From a plasmid, in sequence record CP033547.1: DNA of 64,000 nucleotides; one strand, given 5' to 3'. Below the pieces are notes generated by a model. The model searched no databases, was not told where the DNA came from, and saw only the letters and a list, made by a program, of their open reading frames with translations. Below are positions 56,356 to 64,000 of the stretch, piece after piece; position 1 is the stretch's first letter, and each line of letters begins with the position of its first letter. The translations under genes and the position numbers were made by a program.

Positions 56356-57533
56356 CTCTGTACACGACAAATTTCACAGAACCCTTATCCTATCAGGATT
56401 CTGCTTTCTTAAAATTGCCAAAATTTCCTTAAACTCTTCTTTTTCCCAAAACCAATTAAACGCTGAATCGCCATTTGAACATAGTCTAAACCATAGCGAA
56501 ATAAACTCATTGAGAGTCGTCCATGCTTCTTTATTTTTATCGCTTTTTTTGATTATGTTGCCATTCACCCGTTAAGTAACACCAACAGAAGCTTATAGCT
56601 AACACCGCAATCAATTTTTTCACTCGTCTAGGGTCTGTCAAGCGCGTATTTTCAAGATTAAACCCGCGTCCTTTGGAGACAACTGAATAAGGTTTCAATT
56701 TCCCAGCGTAATGCATAATCCTGAATAGCATTGGCATTAAACTGAGGAGAAACGACGAGTAAAAGCTCTCCATTTTCTAACTGTAGTGCACTTATATATA
56801 GTTTCACCCGACCAACCAAAATCCGTCGTTTACGACATTCAATTTGACCAACTTTAAGATGGCGAAATAAATCACTAATTTTATGATTCTTTCCTAAATG
56901 ATTGGTGACAATGAAGTTTTTTAACACGAATGCAGAAGTTGATGTCTTGTTCAATTAACCATGTAAACCACTGCTCACCGATAAACTCTCTGTCTGCGAA
57001 CACATTCACAATACGGTCTTTACCAAAAATGGCTATAAAGCGTTGAATCAAAGCAATACGCTCTTTCGTATCTGAATTTCCACGTTTATTAAGCAATGTC
57101 CAAAGGATAGGTATCGCTATTCCACGATAAACGATTGCGAGCATCAGGATATTAATATTTCGTTTTCCCCATTTCCAATTGGTTCTATCTAAAGTCAGTT
57201 GCACTTGGTCGAATGAAAACATATTGAAAATCAACTGAGAAATTTGACGATAATCAAAATACTGACCTGCAAAAGAAGCGCTGCATACGTCGATAAAATG
57301 ATTGTGGTAAACACTTGATGGGCAAGGCTTTAGATGCAGAAGAAAGATTACATGTTTGCTTTAAAATAATCACAAGCATGATGAGCGCAAAGCACTTTAA
57401 ATGTGACTTGTTCCATTTTAGAGATTTGTTTAAGATAAGATATAACTCATTGAGATGTGTCATAGTATTCGTCGTTAGAAAACAATTATTGTGACATTAT
57501 TTCAATGAGTTATCTATTTTGTCGTGTACAGAG
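56356..57533 (-). mobile_element. ISAba1 (IS4 family) with perfect 9-bp TSD ATTATTATA; outward end abuts sul2 start (18 bp)
   Basis: IRs CTCTGTACACGACAAA at both ends; TSD 56347-56355 and 57534-57542; Tpase fragments MTHLNELYLILNKSLKWNKSHLKCFALIMLVIILKQTCN... Confidence 0.85.
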
Positions 57534-57551
57534 ATTATTATAGAAGCCCCC

Positions 57552-58366
57552 ATGAATAAATCGCTCATCATTTTCGGCATCGTCAACATAACCTCGGACA
57601 GTTTCTCCGATGGAGGCCGGTATCTGGCGCCAGACGCAGCCATTGCGCAGGCGCGTAAGCTGATGGCCGAGGGGGCAGATGTGATCGACCTCGGTCCGGC
57701 ATCCAGCAATCCCGACGCCGCGCCTGTTTCGTCCGACACAGAAATCGCGCGTATCGCGCCGGTGCTGGACGCGCTCAAGGCAGATGGCATTCCCGTCTCG
57801 CTCGACAGTTATCAACCCGCGACGCAAGCCTATGCCTTGTCGCGTGGTGTGGCCTATCTCAATGATATTCGCGGTTTTCCAGACGCTGCGTTCTATCCGC
57901 AATTGGCGAAATCATCTGCCAAACTCGTCGTTATGCATTCGGTGCAAGACGGGCAGGCAGATCGGCGCGAGGCACCCGCTGGCGACATCATGGATCACAT
58001 TGCGGCGTTCTTTGACGCGCGCATCGCGGCGCTGACGGGTGCCGGTATCAAACGCAACCGCCTTGTCCTTGATCCCGGCATGGGGTTTTTTCTGGGGCTG
58101 CTCCCGAAACCTCGCTCTCGGTGCTGGCGCGGTTCGATGAATTGCGGCTGCGCTTCGATTTGCCGGTGCTTCTGTCTGTTTCGCGCAAATCCTTTCTGCG
58201 CGCGCTCACAGGCCGTGGTCCGGGGGATGTCGGGGCCGCGACACTCGCTGCAGAGCTTGCCGCCGCCGCAGGTGGAGCTGACTTCATCCGCACACACGAG
58301 CCGCGCCCCTTGCGCGACGGGCTGGCGGTATTGGCGGCGCTGAAAGAAACCGCAAGAATTCGTTAA
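57552..58366 (+). pseudogene. sul2: Sulfonamide-resistant dihydropteroate synthase Sul2, frameshift(s) near 58085-58120
   Basis: MNKSLIIFGIVNITSDSFSDGGRYLAPDAAIAQARKLMAEGADVIDLGPASSNPDAAPVSSDTEIARIAPVLDALKADGIPVSLDSYQPATQAYALSRG...; C-terminus ...LRFDLPVLLSVSRKSFLRALTGRGPGDVGAATLAAELAAAAGGADFIRTHEPRPLRDGLAVLAALKETARIR. Confidence 0.9.
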
Positions 58367-58452
58367 CTGCACATTCGGGATATTTCTCTATATTCGCGGT
58401 TCAGCAGGCATGTCCCCTTTGAGGGCGACCCGACGACAGGATAATCGACCTT

Positions 58453-58680
58453 ATGGTGCGCAAATATTTCGGCACAGACGGTATTCGTGGCAAAGCCAAC
58501 GAAGGCGCGATGACGGCGGAAACCGCCTTGCGCGTCGGCATGGCGGCTGGCCGTGTCTTTCGTCGCGGTGACCACCGCCATCGTGTCGTGATCGGCAAGG
58601 ATACGCGCCTGTCGGGCTATATGCTTGAACCCGCGCTCACAGCCGGTTTCACCTCGATGGGCATGGACGTATTCCTTTTG
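58453..58680 (+). pseudogene. glmM: Truncated glmM (phosphoglucosamine mutase) 5' fragment, the usual partner downstream of sul2
   Basis: [76 protein letters not shown]. Confidence 0.8.
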
Positions 58681-58954
58681 GCCCGCTGCCGACAACGTAT
58701 AGGAAGAATAAACGCCCTTTTCACCCAAGTCCAACAGCTTTGGACCGCAGTTGACTCTTTCGACACCCCTGCGATGCAACCCAATCCGGCTGACGGGGAG
58801 CCAGCAACGCTGAAAATTTACCCTCCTCTTTCCCACTAGCGGCTCCTTTTCCGACAACCAGCACGGCGGATCCCTGCCGCGGCGCTGTGAACGCAGCATT
58901 TTGATTGGTATCGTTGGCCTTCAGGCTCGTCAGTCAAACAGACCCAGGAGCAGC

Positions 58955-59761
58955 TCAGCCGGTGGCGCCCGGCTTTCGGGTAACGCCCTGGTCCCGCTGG
59001 TTTCGGCTTTGTGCTTCCAGGTGATCAAGGATCTGCTTGATCACTATAGGGTCTTCAATGCAGGCGATGACTTTCATGGCGCCGCCGCAGCCGCTGCAGG
59101 TCTCGATGTCGATATTGAAAACACGCTTGAGCCGTTGCGCCCATGTCATCGACGCTCGCCGTTGTGCTGGTGTTGCCGGTTCATCAGCCACCCTGACCTT
59201 GTTGCCCCTGCCCCGTTTTGCCGGCGTGACCAACGCCCGGTGCCGACTGTTGGGTGCGAACACCCCGTGGAAGCGGGTTAGGTTGACTCTGGGCTTCGGT
59301 ACCAGGGCGGCCAGCCTTGCAATGAAATCCAATGGTTCGAAAATGACGTGCGTGGTGCCGTCCCGGTACGGCGTCTTGAGCTGGTAGCGCACGTTGCCGC
59401 CTCGTGTTAACGACAGCCGCTTCTCGGATACCGCCGGGCGGCTGATGTACCGGCACAGCCGTTCGAGCTTCTTGCGTTCATCGGCCCTGGCCGCCACGCC
59501 GGCGTGCAGGCTGGACCCGGCTACCTTGCCAATCCCGTCACCGAACGGATCACCACTGGTCGGCAGAGTTTGCAAAGTGAACACCTTTCGCCCCGCCTGT
59601 GAACCGACAGCGATACGGTAAGTGATCGAGTGCCCCAGCAGGGTGTCATCGGGTCGTCATCCACCGCATCCGAGGCCAGATAGCTGTTTTCGACATCCCG
59701 TTCCAGCAGGCCTTGCCGTTCCAGATAGCGACCCACCCGGTGGGCGATGGTGTGCGTCAGC
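58955..59761 (-). pseudogene. rcr2: Truncated ISCR2 rolling-circle transposase (3' ~55%), cut by IS6-family element
   Basis: ...TRFHGVFAPNSRHRALVTPAKRGRGNK... HUH/Y2 transposase C-terminal region; sul2-glmM-ISCR2 context. Confidence 0.7.
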
Positions 59762-60580
59762 GGCACTGTTGCAAATAACCACGAATGGTAAGCTGAAGAC
59801 TGTTTTAGCTAAAGGTGCAGCATATGAATCCTTTCCATGGTCGGCATTTTCAGGGCGAAATCATTCTTTGGGCTGTGCGCTGGTATTGTAAATATGGCAT
59901 TAGCTATCGTGAACTGCAGGAAATGCTGGCCGAACGGGGTGTGAATGTTGATCACACGACTATTTACCGTTGGGTTCAACGTTATGCTCCTGAAATAGAA
60001 AAACGTTTACGCTGGTATTGGCGTAATCCTACAGATCTGAGCTCGTGGCATATTGATGAAACCTATGTAAAAGTGAATGGACGATGGTCTTATCTGTATC
60101 GTGCAGTCGATCAACGTGGCGATACCATTGATTTTTATCTTTCTTCTAGACGTAATACCAAATCAGCATATTGTTTTCTTGGAAAAATTTTAAATAATGT
60201 GAAGAAGTGGCAAATTCCACAAGTGATCAACACGGATAAAGCACCCACATATGGACGTGCTTTATCACGGTTAAAACGGGAAGGTAAATGTCCACCAGAC
60301 CTTGAGCACAGGCAGATTAAGTATAAAAATAACGTGATTGAATGTGATCATGGCAAGCTAAAGCGGATCATCAGGGCCACATTAGGATTCAAATCTATGA
60401 AGACGGCTTATGCCACAATTAAAGGTATTGAAGTCATGCGTGCACTACGTAAAGGACAAGCATCGTCATTTTATTATGGTCAGCCTCAGGGTGAAGTGTG
60501 TCTAATCAACAGGGTTTTCGGTCTCTAAGTACTTTTTAAAGGGAACATCATCGACTCAAATCTCTATTTGCAACAGTGCC
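59762..60580 (+). mobile_element. IS6-family element related to IS26 (IS1006/IS1008-like), 819 bp, IRs GGCACTGTTGCAAA; no TSD
   Basis: IRs at 59762 and 60567-60580. Confidence 0.85.
59824..60528 (+). CDS. IS6-family transposase
   Basis: MNPFHGRHFQGEIILWAVRWYCKYGISYRELQEMLAERGVNVDHTTIYRWVQRYAPEIEKRLRWYWRNPTDLSSWHIDETYVKVNGRWSYLYRAVDQRGDTIDFYL... (~85% to Tnp26). Confidence 0.9.
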   Translation: MNPFHGRHFQGEIILWAVRWYCKYGISYRELQEMLAERGVNVDHTTIYRWVQRYAPEIEKRLRWYWRNPTDLSSWHIDETYVKVNGRWSYLYRAVDQRGDTIDFYLSSRRNTKSAYCFLGKILNNVKKWQIPQVINTDKAPTYGRALSRLKREGKCPPDLEHRQIKYKNNVIECDHGKLKRIIRATLGFKSMKTAYATIKGIEVMRALRKGQASSFYYGQPQGEVCLINRVFGL

Positions 60581-60987
60581 ATACGGTGCATGTTCATAGT
60601 ATTGACCGTCTGGCACGTAATACAAATGATCTAAACAATCTTGTGAACAGTCTCAATGATCGTGGGATAACTATAATTTTCCATAAGGAGAATCTGATTT
60701 TCAGCCATGATATAGCCCAATCAGCAATGAATAAACTAATGTTTCAGATGCTTGCAGCATTTGCTGAATTTGAACGCTCAATGATTCGTGAACGTCAAAA
60801 AGAAGGAATTGCTAAAGCTAAAGCAAAGGGTTTATATAAGGGTAGAAAGCGAAAAGTAGACTATTCAGAAGTACAAAACGCTATGCGGAAAGAAAGGGCA
60901 ACATTTAGAAGTGTAGCTAGACAGTTTGGAGTAGGGGTGGCAACAGTTCAAAGAGCCTTAAAAATAGATATTAAAAATGGTGATTGA
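60581..60987 (+). pseudogene. Serine recombinase (resolvase/invertase) lacking N-terminal catalytic ~60 aa, truncated by the IS
   Basis: ...HSIDRLARNTNDLNNLVNSLNDRGITIIFHKENL...AEFERSMIRERQKEGIAKAKAKGLYKGRKRK... C-terminal HTH. Confidence 0.7.
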
Positions 60988-61067
60988 ACTCTATTAATTT
61001 ATGTATGCACATATAAAGTTTGTTAACACATTTTTAATGTGATAGATTTTACAGAGAGGTGCTATAT

Positions 61068-61271
61068 ATGACATATCAAGAATTTCAGATTGAACTTATT
61101 AAAATTGGTTTAACAATTAAAGAATTAGCTACCTTGATAGGTATGAATCCGAATTCTATAACTAACTATAAGAGCAAAGAAATTATTCCTTTAAATTTAG
61201 CAATTACAGTCTCATTGATATCTAGCTTAAAAGTAATGGCATTGATCCAGAATTGGCTATCAATGAAGTAA
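61068..61271 (+). CDS. Small HTH protein, candidate controller (C) protein of the downstream R-M system
   Basis: MTYQEFQIELIKIGLTIKELATLIGMNPNSITNYKSK... Confidence 0.35.
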   Translation: MTYQEFQIELIKIGLTIKELATLIGMNPNSITNYKSKEIIPLNLAITVSLISSLKVMALIQNWLSMK

Positions 61272-61521
61272 AAAGAAACCATTTTAAGGACTTTCTACAG
61301 TCCAACAAAAATAAGGAAATTTGATTGTATGTAAAAATTCTAATTAAAAATAAAGGTCAAGAAATTTTTGGATTTCTTTTAAATGTAACTCTTACAAATT
61401 CGAAATAATTCCCATTTCAATTTATAAGAATCTTTATTAATTAATATTTAGACATATAAACGTCGTGTTAAGCGAGCGATTGTAATATTATAGTCTTTGA
61501 TTTAAAAACTTAGATAACATA

Positions 61522-64000
61522 ATGAATAGCTTAGGAAATTTAAAAGGTCTAATTGAGAGATATAATCAGGATATCGAATTTTACCGTTCTACTCGATATA
61601 ATGAAACTCAACTACGTACTGATTTTATTGATCAATTTTTTTGCCATTTTAGGCTGGGATATAACCAATGTTACTAGAAAAAGTACTCATGAACGTGAGG
61701 TTTTGGTTGAAGAAGGAATTCGATTTAAGTCTAATGAAAATACAAAAAGCCAGACTATACCTTTCGTCTCTTTTCAGAGCGTAAATTTTTGTAGAAGCTA
61801 AAAACCAAGTGTTCATATTGATATCGATCCTGAACCAGCAAAACAAGTCCGTCGCTACGGATTTACTGCAAAGTTGAAAATTTCAGTCCTTACCAATTTT
61901 GAATATATAGCGATATATGACTGTTCGAACCCTGTTTCTGAAAGTGATTTAGCATCAACTTCTCGAATCAAGCTTTACCATTACACAGAACTTGTCGATA
62001 ACTTTGATGAAATTAAGAAATTAATTGGGAGAGAAAGCGTTTACTCGGGCCAATTTGAAACAGAATGGTCAGATATTGAAAGTAAGATATCTCGTTTTAG
62101 TGTAGACGATTTATTTCTACAGCAAATCAATAATTGGCGGGTAATGTTGGCGAATGATTTTATTTCTATAAAACCAGAATTAAATGAAGAACAGCTTAAT
62201 GATCTAACTCAGGACTATATAAACAGTATTGTTTTTCTTCGAGTTTGTGAAGATAGAGAGTTAGAAGACTATGAGACACTTTATCACTTTGCCAAAAACA
62301 AAGATTTTAAGTCACTAGTTGATAAATTAAAATTTTCCGATAAAAAGTATAACTCAGGATTATTTTCCTTATCATATATCAATCAACTGATAAATAACCA
62401 AGAATCATATATTTGGACTATTATTGAGCAACTATATTTCCCTCAAAGTACTTATTCATTTTCGGTATTTTCTTCCAGATATTTTTAGGAAATATTTATG
62501 AAGTATTTTTAAGTGAAAAGATTCGTCTCAATCAATATGGGAAAATCGAAATTAAGCCCAAGGCGGAACACCTTGATAGAGATGTCGTCACAACCCCTAC
62601 ACACATTATAAAAGAGATAATACGAAATACTGTTATAGAGTTCTGTCAGGGCAAAACAGATAAACAAATATTAAACTCAAAATTTGCAGATATTGCTTGT
62701 GGTTCAGGAGCATTTCTTCTAGAAATATTTCAGGTCATACAAGATATACTAATCGATTATTACATCGAACATGATCGTTCGAAATTGCAACAACTTACTG
62801 AACACAGTTTCAAATTAAAGTTTCCAGTTAAAAAGGAGATTTTAAATAATTGTATTTATGGAATCGATAAGGATTTTAATGCTGTAAAAGCATGTTCGTT
62901 TGGATTACTATTAAAACTTCTTGAAGGTGAATCAAAAGAAACTATTACATCAGATATTCCAATTTTACCGAAGACTGATGAAAATATTTTGTTTGGTAAT
63001 AGCTTGATAGAACTAACAGATAATGTAAAGAGTACTGACGTTTTAGCGATTAATCCCTTCAATATTGATCTTAAATTTGATGTAATCGTAGGTAATCCGC
63101 CTTATATGGCAACTGAGCATATGAAGCAGCTCACTCCTTTAGAACTACCACTATATAAAAAGAAATATAAATCAGCATTTAAGCAGTTTGATAAGTATTT
63201 TCTTTTTGTTGAGCGGTCATTACAGTTACTTAAAGACAATGGTTATCTAGGTTATATCCTACCATCAAAATTTGTAAAAGTAGGTGCAGGTAAAAACTTG
63301 CGACAACTACTAGTAGATAGTAAATCTCTTTGTAAGTTAATTTCATTTGGTGCAAACCAAGTTTTTAAAAAATAAGACGACTTATACTTGTTTGTTATTT
63401 TTAAAAAATCACAACAAACTGAGTTTTCTTTTTACGAAGTGAAAGACTTTAAAAAATGGCTAGCTCGGGATGAAGACGTTGTAAATACTAGTACCTATGA
63501 AATTGCTAATCTTGATGCAGATACATGGATTTTAGAAAATGAAATAAATCAAATTCTAGAACTAATGTATAGAAACTCTCAACCTTTAGGTAATATTTTA
63601 GGTAAAAAAAGCAATTGCTAACGGTATACAGACAAGTGCTAACGAATATTACATTCATAAGGAAATTAAAACCGAAGATGGGTATATTTACTTTGAGTAC
63701 CAAGGCAGTATTTACCACGTAGAAAAGGAGCTTACGAGACCTTACTTTGAAACTCAACGCTCAGGTGATGATCACTTTTACACATATAAAGATGTTGAGC
63801 CTAATGCTTTTGTGATTTATCCATATAAGAAAGTAAGTAATCATATTGTTTTTGTAGAATACGAAGAGCTAAGGACTACATATCCAAAAATGTTCGACTT
63901 TCTCCATCTAGTGAAAGAACATCTTGATAACGACAAACGTTCTATAAAAACCAGATCCTACGACATCCAATGAATGGTATAGATATGGACGTAGCCAAGC
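61522..64000 (+). pseudogene. Type IIG-like fused restriction endonuclease / gamma-class N6-adenine methyltransferase (MmeI/Eco57I/BREX-PglX-like), several frameshifts, continues past window end
   Basis: N-terminal ...LRTDFIDQFF(A)ILGWDITN... motif; NPPY motif IV (VIVGNPPYMATEH); ORFs 61874..62488, 62785..63375, 63388..63621 contiguous. Confidence 0.55.

Noticed and set aside
57497-58899. Several minus-strand ORFs (81-178 aa) across sul2/glmM
   Set aside because: Antisense to sul2 and truncated glmM in GC-rich DNA; no domain signals

Overview
This is mosaic Acinetobacter-type plasmid or resistance-island DNA. The background is low-GC, with one imported high-GC block at about 54.0-59.8 kb. 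It is extremely IS-rich and modular.

The left third is an array of pdif (XerC/XerD) dif modules. These carry chrB-chrA, relBE, an IS26-truncated blaOXA-58 module (IS26, truncated ISAba3, blaOXA-58, ISAba3), the araC1-lysE pair, brnTA, two higBA-like TA pairs, an SMI1/KNR4 gene and the msr(E)-mph(E) macrolide module. A roughly 1.48-kb IS with an IS1202/ISNCY-like transposase is present in three copies, and every copy sits 5-6 bp from the XerC arm of a pdif site.

The middle carries DNA-repair and SOS genes (umuD with a truncated umuC, xseA-xseB, and SRAP/YedK with umuD-umuC) and two HipA kinase toxin loci. It also holds a type II CBASS-like anti-phage operon (patatin phospholipase, CD-NTase, JAB, E1) with a divergent 2-gene module. 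That operon sits between two copies of one 19-bp terminal IR, one in a 104-bp MITE-like element and one at the start of a truncated IS5-family element. Further along are IS3-family, ISAba1-family and IS5-family elements, P4-like integrase and tyrosine-recombinase pseudogenes, an HTH-ImmA/IrrE module with an unknown partner, a fic-yhfG TA pair and a large frameshifted minus-strand block of unknown function.

The right end holds a high-GC import: truncated Tn5393 tnpA, ISAba1, sul2, truncated glmM and truncated ISCR2, capped by an IS1006-like IS6 element. This is followed by a truncated resolvase and a C-protein plus Type IIG restriction-modification enzyme that runs off the window.

Many genes, including blaOXA-58, msr(E), mph(E), chrA, sul2 and most TA and IS genes, carry indels, frequently in homopolymers. 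These may be sequencing errors rather than biology. No rRNA, tRNA or CRISPR array was seen.
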